Made by a program: the position numbers and the translations under genes
Source of the DNA: a virus
IMG/VR virus record: IMGVR_UViG_3300045988_093480
Location: 1-47,447 of that record
DNA: 47,447 nt
Reading direction: 5' to 3' (one strand)
The notes under the pieces: generated by a model
Seen by the model: the letters and a program-made list of their open reading frames with translations, nothing else
The model's database searches: none
What the model was told of the DNA's origin: nothing
Part shown: positions 35,600 through 43,290 of the stretch, in pieces
Layout: each line of letters opens with the position of its first letter
Position numbering within the stretch: position 1 is the first letter of the stretch

Positions 35600-35601
35600 G
35601 T

Positions 35602-36150
35602 TTAATCCTCCACATATCCCCATTTTAATTTTTCACCTGTTACTGGGTGTTTCCCAGCTGACTTCTTTTTCCCTCTGCAACATTTAGAAATATCTGATTG
35701 ACAAATTCCTGTTAATCTTTCTGCTTCTCTAGTAGACCCATATTTTTTACCAGTATCTATACATATAACTTTTCTAGACAAACTATTATCTTTACCTTTT
35801 TTAGCTTTTTGTAATCCTGTTCTGTATGCGTGCTTCATATTTTCTTCTTGAGTACACCATTCTAAGTTTGATACTGTATTATTTTGTTTATTACCATCTA
35901 TGTGATTTACTTGCGGTTTGTTTTCTGGATTAAGTATAAATGCCTGAGCTACTAAGCGATGTACTTTATGTTTTTTGATATTAGAATTTGCACTTAATGT
36001 AATATAATAATATCCACAATTATCTTTATACTGCTTTAATATTTTTTCTCTGTACTTTTTGTTTTTATCTCTTAAACTTTTAACTCTTCCTAAATTGCTA
36101 ATTTGATATAATCCTTTGTAATTTTTTATATCTTTCCAAATTTCGTTCAT
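35602..36150 (-). CDS. HNH homing endonuclease (NUMOD4 + HNH + C-terminal DNA-binding module)
   Basis: WKDIKNYKGLYQISNLGRV; NHIDGNKQNN..NLEW..QEENMKH. Start at the ATG at 36150, after GAAGGTGA. Confidence 0.85.
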   Translation of the reverse strand: MNEIWKDIKNYKGLYQISNLGRVKSLRDKNKKYREKILKQYKDNCGYYYITLSANSNIKKHKVHRLVAQAFILNPENKPQVNHIDGNKQNNTVSNLEWCTQEENMKHAYRTGLQKAKKGKDNSLSRKVICIDTGKKYGSTREAERLTGICQSDISKCCRGKKKSAGKHPVTGEKLKWGYVED

Positions 36151-36260
36151 TTTTATCACCTTCTTTAGTATGATTTTATCATACTTTGTCATACTTTATC
36201 AAGTATTTTAGATTTATTTTCATATAAAGTTATGATATAATACCACTAAGAGGTGATAAT

Positions 36261-36401
36261 ATGAAAAAGAAAATTGCTATAACTCTAGATGAAGAAATTC
36301 TAGAAAAATTAAAGCAATATGCCACTGAAGAGGATAGAACTATATCAAGTCAGATAAATAAATTATTAAAAGACTTTTTCAAGTCGAGAGAAGGGAAATA
36401 A
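36261..36401 (+). CDS. Ribbon-helix-helix (CopG/Arc-like) 46-aa protein on the opposite strand
   Basis: Not in the track. MKKKIAITLDEEILEKLKQYATEEDRTISSQINKLL. RBS AGAGGTGA. TATAAT-like box upstream and its own terminator. Confidence 0.65.
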   Translation: MKKKIAITLDEEILEKLKQYATEEDRTISSQINKLLKDFFKSREGK

Positions 36402-36420
36402 CCTTCTCTCTTTTATTTTT
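36386..36420 (+). terminator. Terminator of the RHH gene
   Basis: 9-bp stem GAGAGAAGG/CCTTCTCTC followed by TTTTATTTTT. Confidence 0.7.
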
Positions 36421-36465
36421 ATCCTTCTCCATTTTTATTTGATGTATATCTATCCATATTCCCTC

Positions 36466-36864
36466 CTATTTTGCTGTTCTGTATGGTGCTAGCATTGTCA
36501 CTAATTTATGTACTAATATTTCTTTGTCTTTTGTTATTTTTGCCTCACTGTTTATCGCTGGTCCTCTTTTTTCTTCTGCACGATATTCTTCTCTACAAGT
36601 ATTACTACAAAATCTTTGATTTGCTCTATTGCTTGTATATTCTTCGCCACAATACTCGCATATTTTTTTATTAGCATTTTTAATAAAATTTATTTCCCAT
36701 TCCTTTTTATACGGAACGCTTTGTCTTATAGCTGATGCTACAGCTCCAGCGTATATTTTCTTGCCATATACACCTGTAAGATACTTCGCTACTGCATTTT
36801 GGCCTGTAAATTCTAATACTTCACCAGTTTTTATGTTTTTTACTACAACCAAATTTTCACTCAT
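36466..36864 (-). CDS. Hypothetical DNA-binding protein with a C-terminal zinc ribbon
   Basis: CEYCGEEY...FCSNTCREEY. Confidence 0.55.
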   Translation of the reverse strand: MSENLVVVKNIKTGEVLEFTGQNAVAKYLTGVYGKKIYAGAVASAIRQSVPYKKEWEINFIKNANKKICEYCGEEYTSNRANQRFCSNTCREEYRAEEKRGPAINSEAKITKDKEILVHKLVTMLAPYRTAK

Positions 36865-36866
36865 TG

Positions 36867-37409
36867 CTATTCTCCCCTTCTCTTTACTTTTTTTGTTTCT
36901 AGTGATTTCAAATAGACTTGCAACTCCTCAGGGCTTAGTTTATATTCTTTTACTTTGCTGCATTTTTTCTCACTTTCGTAATTGCCCTTTAACTTTATTT
37001 CTCCAGCTTGTAAGAAGAATACCCCACCGTTATTATGTCTTGGTTTTATTTTTTGAACTGTCACCTCGTCATGTTTTTTTGTTTCTTTCTTTAGGCAGCC
37101 ACAACTTTTTGTTATTCCGTGTCGCAGATTACCTTCTCTTACTACTGCTGTACCACCGCATTGGCAGCTACATTTCCAGTATCTAGTACTTCTTTCTATA
37201 TGATCTAGTTCTAATACAACTAATTTTCCATATCTTTCTCCTGTCAAATCTACTGTTTTTGGCTCCTTAGTAAGTTTTGTATCCTTTATGTATTTTCTTA
37301 TAGTCCAATCACTTCTATCTAGTTCATTTGAGATAGCAAGTATTGAATAACCTTTGCTATGTAATCTTTTTATCTTTCTCTTTTCTATATCTGATAGTCT
37401 CGGTGCCAT
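36867..37409 (-). CDS. HTH protein with a CxCxCG...SCGC Cys motif
   Basis: N-terminal HTH (KGYSILAISNELDRSDWTIRKYI) and WKCSCQCGGTAVV...KSCGC. Confidence 0.55.
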   Translation of the reverse strand: MAPRLSDIEKRKIKRLHSKGYSILAISNELDRSDWTIRKYIKDTKLTKEPKTVDLTGERYGKLVVLELDHIERSTRYWKCSCQCGGTAVVREGNLRHGITKSCGCLKKETKKHDEVTVQKIKPRHNNGGVFFLQAGEIKLKGNYESEKKCSKVKEYKLSPEELQVYLKSLETKKVKRRGE

Positions 37410-37426
37410 TTGATTATCCCCCTTTC

Positions 37427-37468
37427 GCCTAGGAGAACCAACTCCTAGGCTATTTATTTGTAAGTATT
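37427..37468 (-). repeat. Intergenic module copy 1: 28-bp repeat plus CCTAGG hairpin plus strong RBS
   Basis: ACTCCTAGGCTATTTATTTGTAAGTATT (37441..37468) is identical to 38093..38120. 9-bp stem GCCTAGGAG/CTCCTAGGC. Confidence 0.85.
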
Positions 37469-38060
37469 ATTTTTCTGTTACATTATAGTTATCTAGTAAC
37501 CATGCGAACATGCAATTTTCATTATATTTGTTATAATAACAACGAGTGCAACTATGTTTTCGATATTCTTTATTATGTTTTTCCCTTAAGTCTTCTAATG
37601 TTACTTCTTTCTTAGGTTCTTCTGTTTCAGCTAATTCACAATAATTCCATTTTTCTAAATCTACAAAACTATCACTCCAAAAAGTCCTTCCATTACTATA
37701 TGTATAAAATTTATTATTTTCATATTTGGTGAAATATCTAAGTTCCCATCCATCTTCTTGGTTTTGTCTTACATACACTTTTGTATCTCTAGGAATTTTA
37801 CTCCAGTCTATTTCTTGTCTTTCCCATACTAAATTATTTTCTATGTCATATACCTCCATGATATCTGCCCCATGTGGAGATTCATGCAATACCAGCAATT
37901 CATTATCATAAGATTTTAAACACTCTTCTAGTGAACCCCATAATCCTAAAATAGATTCATCTTTATCTGAATTTTTGTATACTTTGCTGTCAATGATATA
38001 GCATTTATCCCCATATCTAGTTTTAAAACTCATTCCATTTTTTATATCTGATTTAACCAT
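37467..38060 (-). CDS. Hypothetical protein
   Basis: 197-aa ORF with RBS AAGGGGG. Confidence 0.6.
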   Translation of the reverse strand: MVKSDIKNGMSFKTRYGDKCYIIDSKVYKNSDKDESILGLWGSLEECLKSYDNELLVLHESPHGADIMEVYDIENNLVWERQEIDWSKIPRDTKVYVRQNQEDGWELRYFTKYENNKFYTYSNGRTFWSDSFVDLEKWNYCELAETEEPKKEVTLEDLREKHNKEYRKHSCTRCYYNKYNENCMFAWLLDNYNVTEK

Positions 38061-38075
38061 GTTTATCCCCCTTCT

Positions 38076-38120
38076 GCCTAAGAGTTTTTTTAACTCCTAG
38101 GCTATTTATTTGTAAGTATT
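38076..38120 (-). repeat. Intergenic module copy 2: 28-bp repeat plus hairpin
   Basis: Same 28-mer as copy 1, with an 11-bp stem containing one mismatch. Confidence 0.85.
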
Positions 38121-38121
38121 G

Positions 38122-38394
38122 CTATCTTATATCGTTATCTTTAAATATGTCTTTGCTTATTGAATCTGATATATCTTCTTTAATGTCTAATTTTTCTTTG
38201 ATTCTATTTTCTTTCAAGCCTAGCTTTATAGCACCAATCATGCATTTTAAAAATTCTTCTGCTGGTATACCACTTTTTTCTTCTAATTTGCTTATTACTA
38301 TATCGTTTAGCATGCATAAATCAGCCATTATATCATGAAGTTCTCCATTTAATGTTGCTCTTACTTCTCCATCTTTTACATTTGCTTTTATCAT
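38122..38394 (-). CDS. Hypothetical protein
   Basis: 90-aa ORF with RBS GGAGGAGG. Confidence 0.6.
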   Translation of the reverse strand: MIKANVKDGEVRATLNGELHDIMADLCMLNDIVISKLEEKSGIPAEEFLKCMIGAIKLGLKENRIKEKLDIKEDISDSISKDIFKDNDIR

Positions 38395-38428
38395 TCTTCT
38401 TGTCCTCCTCCTAGGGCTCGTTAAAGCC

Positions 38429-39175
38429 CTATATTATATTTCTTAATCTATAGTTGTTTTCTATTCCTCTAGGGAATGTTATTATATTGTCTTGTGCCAT
38501 TTCTATCAGCCTTGACCCGATAGCTTCATCAAACATTAATATTTCCTTTATGCTTTTCTCAGTTGATATAATCATTGGTTTACCTTTTAAATATCGAGTG
38601 TTTATGACTTTATATATGTATTTTCGGTCTGCTTCTGTCGGCTGACCTTTTAGAAAGTCATCTAAAAATAGAACTCTTGGATTTATATATTTTTCTAACT
38701 CTCTTATAAATTCTTCTTCTTCATTGATAACTTGTTTTAGATTAGTCAGCATTGATATATACTCTTTATACACACACCCAACATTGTTATTTATAAGTTC
38801 TAACATGGTCCCGATTCCTAGATGTGTCTTTCCACTTCCAGGATTGCCGCATAATATTAAACTTGCATTAGTTTCTTTTTTTAAGAAGTCATTAACATAT
38901 CGTAAAACCTCGTTCTTTGCCTTTATTTGCCATTCCTTGTTAGTTTTAAAGGAATTAATCGTCTTTTGTCTAAAAACCTCTGTAAGACCACTTAATGCAA
39001 GTTTTTCGATACTTTGTCTTTTTTCTAAGCAGCTACAAGGTACAGCCACCTCATATCCATCCTTTATCTCGAATGTATATCCTCTATCTTCACATTTAGG
39101 ACAATCATATTTTGCTGGTTCTGGAGCATGTTTTTCCAAAGCAACTTTTAATCTATTCAATAAAATTGCATCCAT
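38429..39175 (-). CDS. DnaC/IstB-like AAA+ helicase loader
   Basis: Walker A GNPGSGKT and Walker B LFLDD. Start at the ATG at 39175. Confidence 0.8.
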   Translation of the reverse strand: MDAILLNRLKVALEKHAPEPAKYDCPKCEDRGYTFEIKDGYEVAVPCSCLEKRQSIEKLALSGLTEVFRQKTINSFKTNKEWQIKAKNEVLRYVNDFLKKETNASLILCGNPGSGKTHLGIGTMLELINNNVGCVYKEYISMLTNLKQVINEEEEFIRELEKYINPRVLFLDDFLKGQPTEADRKYIYKVINTRYLKGKPMIISTEKSIKEILMFDEAIGSRLIEMAQDNIITFPRGIENNYRLRNII

Positions 39176-39189
39176 TTTATTCATCTCCT

Positions 39190-40095
39190 TTATAATCCGA
39201 ATTTTTCATCTATTTTGTCTAGAAAATCTAGATCTTGTTTATTTAATTCATCTTGTTGTCTAGGTTTGTTTTGTTCTTGCTGTAATTTGTATGCTTGTAA
39301 TTGTTCCATTGTGTATATGTTATTGTTTGTCCAGTTGTTGATTATACCTTTTAGATAGCCCCAGTTGGTTTTAGCTCTTTCGGTGCATATTTCTATTGCT
39401 CTTGCAAATAAATCTCTGTCTATTGTTTCTGTCATTTCTATAAGCCATTGAGCTATTAATTGATTTACCGTTCCTATATTTTTTTCAAATAGGTTAGTAA
39501 ATTCTTTTAAATCATTACCTACCAACTTACTTACATTTTTTTCAGGAGATGCTGTATCTTCTTTTTGTTTTTGTTTTTCTTTTTCTTTTTCTTTTTCTTT
39601 TTCTTTTTCTTTTTCTTTTTCTTTTTCCCCCGAGTCTATGGATAGACTATCTAAGTCTTTATCTAGACTATCATTACTATTTTTATAGTCTATAGATACT
39701 GTATCAATAGGGTATCCATACTCTATACATACTCTATATAAATAATCTTTATAGTCTTTACTTTTTATCTTTTCAATTTCTTTTAAAATGCAATTTTTCA
39801 CTTTAGGAGATTTAGAAAAGTTATGTTTATGCCAGTTTTTTATAAGTATTTCTTTTGTTTCTTCGTTGTAACTTGTTTTTCCGTAATCTTCAAATCTTTT
39901 TAACAATTTCTGAACTGTTTCTCTGTTATATCCTGTTTGCATTTCTACAACCTTATAAGGTAATTCATAGCATCCACATTGTGTTGTTCTAGAGTTGCTT
40001 AGAAGATATAAATAGAAATACTTTTCTTCTGGAGTTAAATCTAATACAAATCCATCTTCCCAAAAGTCTACTTGTATCGCTCTGTATTTTGCCAT
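39190..40095 (-). CDS. Replisome organiser / DnaD-domain replication initiator
   Basis: N-terminus YRAIQVDFWEDGFVLDLTPEEKYFYLYLL, an (EK)n linker, and a DnaD-like C-terminus. Confidence 0.8.
   Translation of the reverse strand: MAKYRAIQVDFWEDGFVLDLTPEEKYFYLYLLSNSRTTQCGCYELPYKVVEMQTGYNRETVQKLLKRFEDYGKTSYNEETKEILIKNWHKHNFSKSPKVKNCILKEIEKIKSKDYKDYLYRVCIEYGYPIDTVSIDYKNSNDSLDKDLDSLSIDSGEKEKEKEKEKEKEKEKEKQKQKEDTASPEKNVSKLVGNDLKEFTNLFEKNIGTVNQLIAQWLIEMTETIDRDLFARAIEICTERAKTNWGYLKGIINNWTNNNIYTMEQLQAYKLQQEQNKPRQQDELNKQDLDFLDKIDEKFGL
39563..39627 (-). repeat. Hexanucleotide (GAAAAA/AAAGAA-type) tandem repeat encoding (EK)n
   Basis: The plus strand reads ctttttctttttc... about 10 times. Confidence 0.9.
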
Positions 40096-40259
40096 TAATC
40101 TTCACCTTCTTTGTCTATAACAATAACTATTGCTGGACCTTCTACCTCTAAATCCATACCTACATCACTTCTTAATCTATCTATTTCAACGCCTTCTCTA
40201 GTTGACAATTCATTTACTAATTCATCTATAGTAAAACTTTTAAGTATGTTATTATCCAT
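40095..40259 (-). CDS. Small 54-aa acidic protein, translationally coupled to the replisome organiser gene
   Basis: Not in the track. RBS GAAGGTGA. Its stop shares a base with the downstream ATG. Confidence 0.55.
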   Translation of the reverse strand: MDNNILKSFTIDELVNELSTREGVEIDRLRSDVGMDLEVEGPAIVIVIDKEGED

Positions 40260-40310
40260 TCTTATTCACCTTCTTTACTTTTCTAGGAAGGGGATTGCTC
40301 CCCAACCTAG

Positions 40311-41213
40311 CTACATATCCATTACTTGCTGTCCTTCTATTTGTCCATTATCCTCTGTTTCTTCTATAGGTTCTTCTGTATAATCTACATCTTGTACTTT
40401 GTCTTGAATTGGTTCATATTTTGATAATAAATCTATTAATTCATCGACTTCTTCGAATTTAAGTTCTTTTAAGCTATATCCATTACTTTCACAGAATTTT
40501 TCAAGTTCTACGGTATTTTTTAAATCTCCGTAATCAAATAGTCCTTTTTGTGCTGCTAATGCCATTATTTGATTTTTTTGTTGTGTTGATGCCATTCCTG
40601 GTTTTATCTCTCTCTCAGAAAGTCGTCCTTCATATCCCATTTCTTCCTGTTGGTATAATCCTTGAAGTTCGTCTGGAAAAGATTCACGTAAACATTGACT
40701 TTGAGCTACCTTTCGAATCATAGTACATGGTTTTTCGCTCCACATTTTATTAGGTGTACCATTCTTTGTTTTTTGTATATATTCTTCTAAACTAGCTGTG
40801 TGATGCATTGGAAATTCTCTATCACTTCTAGATACTTCACACCAACCGCCAACAAGTGTTTCATCTGGAAGTTTAATTGTTCCTTCTCGTTCTATTATGT
40901 TTCTGTCTTTATCTACTACAACAATTCCAGCTTTCATATATCTAAATACTCCAGATGCATAAGCTTTTTTAATAAATACATCTTTTCCGACTATGATATT
41001 AGCTGCTTGATCTCCATATTTAACAAGATATGCATCTCTTATAAATGGATTTAATTTTTGAGCTTTACATAATTCTAAAAACATTAAAATTTCTTGTTGT
41101 GTAGCCCTTGGACATATATAATTTTTAACTGTTTCAGCATTTAGAACTTGTCCTCCTTCAAGAGTAAAACTTGCTAAATCTAATGCATTTGTTTTTTGTA
41201 CTGCTTTAGTCAT
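40311..41213 (-). CDS. recT: RecT/Bet-family single-strand annealing recombinase
   Basis: LFLELCKAQKLNPFIRDAYLVKYG... Start at the ATG at 41213, after AAGGAAGGTG. Confidence 0.8.
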   Translation of the reverse strand: MTKAVQKTNALDLASFTLEGGQVLNAETVKNYICPRATQQEILMFLELCKAQKLNPFIRDAYLVKYGDQAANIIVGKDVFIKKAYASGVFRYMKAGIVVVDKDRNIIEREGTIKLPDETLVGGWCEVSRSDREFPMHHTASLEEYIQKTKNGTPNKMWSEKPCTMIRKVAQSQCLRESFPDELQGLYQQEEMGYEGRLSEREIKPGMASTQQKNQIMALAAQKGLFDYGDLKNTVELEKFCESNGYSLKELKFEEVDELIDLLSKYEPIQDKVQDVDYTEEPIEETEDNGQIEGQQVMDM

Positions 41214-41214
41214 G

Positions 41215-41517
41215 TTATTCACCTTCCTTATTTCTCTCTAATTCTTCTATATTAAGTCGTAAAGCATATAATAAACTGCTTTCGTAACTATCATGTTTTC
41301 TATTTCCTATTTGTTTTAATGTGTCTTTATAGTGTTCTTTAAATATATCTAATGTCATAAACTTTCTATTTCTTAGAGCAAATTCAGCCCCTTCTATAAA
41401 TCCTAGTCTGCCTTCTGGGTCAGTAGTATTTCTGTATAGTCTAACTAGGAATAATCTTTGTTCTAGTGTTTTTATATCTGAGTTCTTTACTCCCTCAGAT
41501 TGTAATTTTAACTTCAT
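41215..41517 (-). CDS. Hypothetical protein
   Basis: 100-aa ORF with RBS AAGGGGG. Confidence 0.6.
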   Translation of the reverse strand: MKLKLQSEGVKNSDIKTLEQRLFLVRLYRNTTDPEGRLGFIEGAEFALRNRKFMTLDIFKEHYKDTLKQIGNRKHDSYESSLLYALRLNIEELERNKEGE

Positions 41518-41574
41518 ATTATCCCCCTTTTATGTTATAATTTAAGTATCTTATATTACATATAGTGTTTTGTT

Positions 41575-41616
41575 ACTAGTTATCTAGATTTGGTGTTCTA
41601 GATAACTAGTTTTTTT
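41575..41616 (+). terminator. Perfect 14-bp inverted repeat with a T-run on the plus strand only
   Basis: ACTAGTTATCTAGA-8 nt-TCTAGATAACTAGT followed by TTTTTT. Confidence 0.5.
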
Positions 41617-41979
41617 ATATAGTTTCTGTATATTGCCATACTAATTTTTCGCCTGTTGTTGGGTGTTTACCAGCTGATTTTCTTTTACCTTTACAACATT
41701 CTGATATACATCCTGCATTTGCATTGTACTTTGTTGCCCCCTCTATTATGCAATTAAATATTTCATCTGTAGTGATACATCTAACCTGTCTAGCTTGTGG
41801 ATTTTTTTACCTCTTCTTGCCCTGCTCATTTTCTCTCTTGCTTCATCTGTGTGATGTTTACCTTTATTTGCTTCACTTATTTTCTTTTTAGCTTCTCTAG
41901 AATGAAAACTTCTTATATTTCCTGCGTTACTAATTTCGTATAAACCTTCAAATCCTTTAATTGGTTTCCAATCTAACAT
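41615..41979 (-). pseudogene. Nuclease-less homing-endonuclease relative, frame-broken at an A7 tract
   Basis: N-terminus WKPIKGFEGLYEISNAGNIRS (NUMOD4). After the A7 tract (41802..41808) the -1 frame encodes ...CCKGKRKSAGKHPTTGEKLVWQY, matching the C-terminus of the HNH protein at 35602..36150. No HNH motif is present. Confidence 0.55.
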
Positions 41980-41992
41980 ATCTATTACCCCT

Positions 41993-42238
41993 TTATATAA
42001 TCGCTCTATTACTACTTTCCATTAAGTCGATGTATGCTAAATCTAATATTTCTTCTAGCTGTTCTTCTTTTCGTTGATATTCTTCATATGCTTTTTTTCT
42101 TATGTCATCTTTTTCTTCTTGAGTTATGTTTGAATTGAATGCTTGTCTGTATGTTTTTAGATATTCCATATAATTGTCAGTGTTTGTTTTTAGGACCATG
42201 TCCTGAGTTTCTTCATAGATTTGTTTTTTACTCTTCAT
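41993..42238 (-). CDS. Hypothetical protein
   Basis: 81-aa ORF. Confidence 0.6.
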   Translation of the reverse strand: MKSKKQIYEETQDMVLKTNTDNYMEYLKTYRQAFNSNITQEEKDDIRKKAYEEYQRKEEQLEEILDLAYIDLMESSNRAII

Positions 42239-42241
42239 TTG

Positions 42242-42349
42242 TTATTCCCCCTTGTTTTGTTGTAGCCACATTAGAGTTATAAACTCCATTACTGTAAGAT
42301 GTGGGTAAGCTTCATATATCTTTTGTAGAACTTCTGGTGTACATTTCAT
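42242..42349 (-). CDS. Small 35-aa protein
   Basis: Not in the track. ATGA overlap with the upstream stop. RBS AAGGAGGTGG. Confidence 0.5.
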   Translation of the reverse strand: MKCTPEVLQKIYEAYPHLTVMEFITLMWLQQNKGE

Positions 42350-42627
42350 CTAACCACCTCCTTTACACCTTCGATAACTGCATCTAATACTTGGTGCATT
42401 TCTAAAATTGTTCTTGCTGTGTCTCTACTTCCTGTTGATGTGTATAAGAATGTGTCTTTTGTTCTATAAAGGTCTGTTCTAAGAGTTAGACTGTAAAAAG
42501 GTTCATTATCTAATCCTTTTAAGTGATGTAACTCTAGAGAAGCACTTATGAAACCACTATTTTCGTTGATGTATTCAACTTTGTCAAATAGCTTATTTGC
42601 TTCTTTTCTGAACTCTTGATTTGTCAT
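42346..42627 (-). CDS. Hypothetical protein
   Basis: 93-aa ORF. Confidence 0.6.
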   Translation of the reverse strand: MTNQEFRKEANKLFDKVEYINENSGFISASLELHHLKGLDNEPFYSLTLRTDLYRTKDTFLYTSTGSRDTARTILEMHQVLDAVIEGVKEVVR

Positions 42628-42954
42628 TTATAGTACCTCCTTTAAAGACTTCCCTAGTTTTCTTTTGACATATTTGTCATAACTTATTCTGTCTACTAGA
42701 TACTTTCTCCCCATATGATTTACTGTGTATTCTCCTGTGCTAAGTCCATATCTTGCTACCTGTAAAGCATAGTTACGGCCACAATGTAGATACTCCTGTA
42801 ATTGTTCTATTGTTAGATATTCACATGGTGCATAGTCTTCGCTATAACGAAATTTTTCAACGATATCAACTAAGTCAATTCTTTCTGATATTGTTTGAAG
42901 TAGTTCGCTTTGGTCCATGTTTCTTACTAACATCTTTTCAAATTCACTTGCCAT
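42628..42954 (-). CDS. Hypothetical protein with a possible HTH (excisionase-like?)
   Basis: LTIEQLQEYLHCGRNYALQVARYG resembles an HTH. Weak call. Confidence 0.5.
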   Translation of the reverse strand: MASEFEKMLVRNMDQSELLQTISERIDLVDIVEKFRYSEDYAPCEYLTIEQLQEYLHCGRNYALQVARYGLSTGEYTVNHMGRKYLVDRISYDKYVKRKLGKSLKEVL

Positions 42955-42966
42955 ACTTTCACCCCC

Positions 42967-43050
42967 CTAATTATGTATGCTTCTCCACCAAGCTCCAAAT
43001 ACGAAGCCTAAGCTAAATATGATACTTACTATTATGTATTTTGCTAACAT
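42967..43050 (-). CDS. 27-aa hydrophobic peptide MLAKYIIVSIIFSLGFVFGAWWRSIHN
   Basis: Not in the track. RBS TAGGAGG 4 nt upstream of the ATG. Confidence 0.45.
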   Translation of the reverse strand: MLAKYIIVSIIFSLGFVFGAWWRSIHN

Positions 43051-43058
43051 GATGCCTC

Positions 43059-43262
43059 CTATCTGCTGTAATCAACTACTGTGTTATTGCCTTGTTTTCT
43101 AAGTAGTGCAAACTTGTTTTGTAACACGTGGAACATCTTTATTTCTGCTTGGTATGGAGTTATGATGCTCCATTCTTCTCTAAAACCTCTAGCTCTTAAT
43201 ATGTCTGATACTGCTTCTACTTCTCTTTTGAAGAAATGTTCTGTTCCTGTGTATATCGCCAT
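43059..43262 (-). CDS. Hypothetical protein
   Basis: 67-aa ORF with RBS AGGGGG. Confidence 0.55.
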   Translation of the reverse strand: MAIYTGTEHFFKREVEAVSDILRARGFREEWSIITPYQAEIKMFHVLQNKFALLRKQGNNTVVDYSR

Positions 43263-43290
43263 ATTTAGTTACCCCCTAAATTAATACTTC

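Noticed and set aside
36427-36465. A 12-codon mini-ORF (MDRYTSNKNGEG) behind a strong TAGGAGGG after the gene at 36466..36864.
   Set aside because: It is very short, hydrophilic and without context. The SD-like sequence overlaps the upstream stop codon and may be fortuitous. I judged it too weak to report as a feature.
39563-39627. A CRISPR-like or other array, considering the hexanucleotide repeat here together with the 66-bp TMP repeats (17150..17500) and the 12-bp repeat (46642..46677).
   Set aside because: All are in-frame coding tandem repeats without unique spacers. No cas genes are present and none has repeat-spacer architecture.
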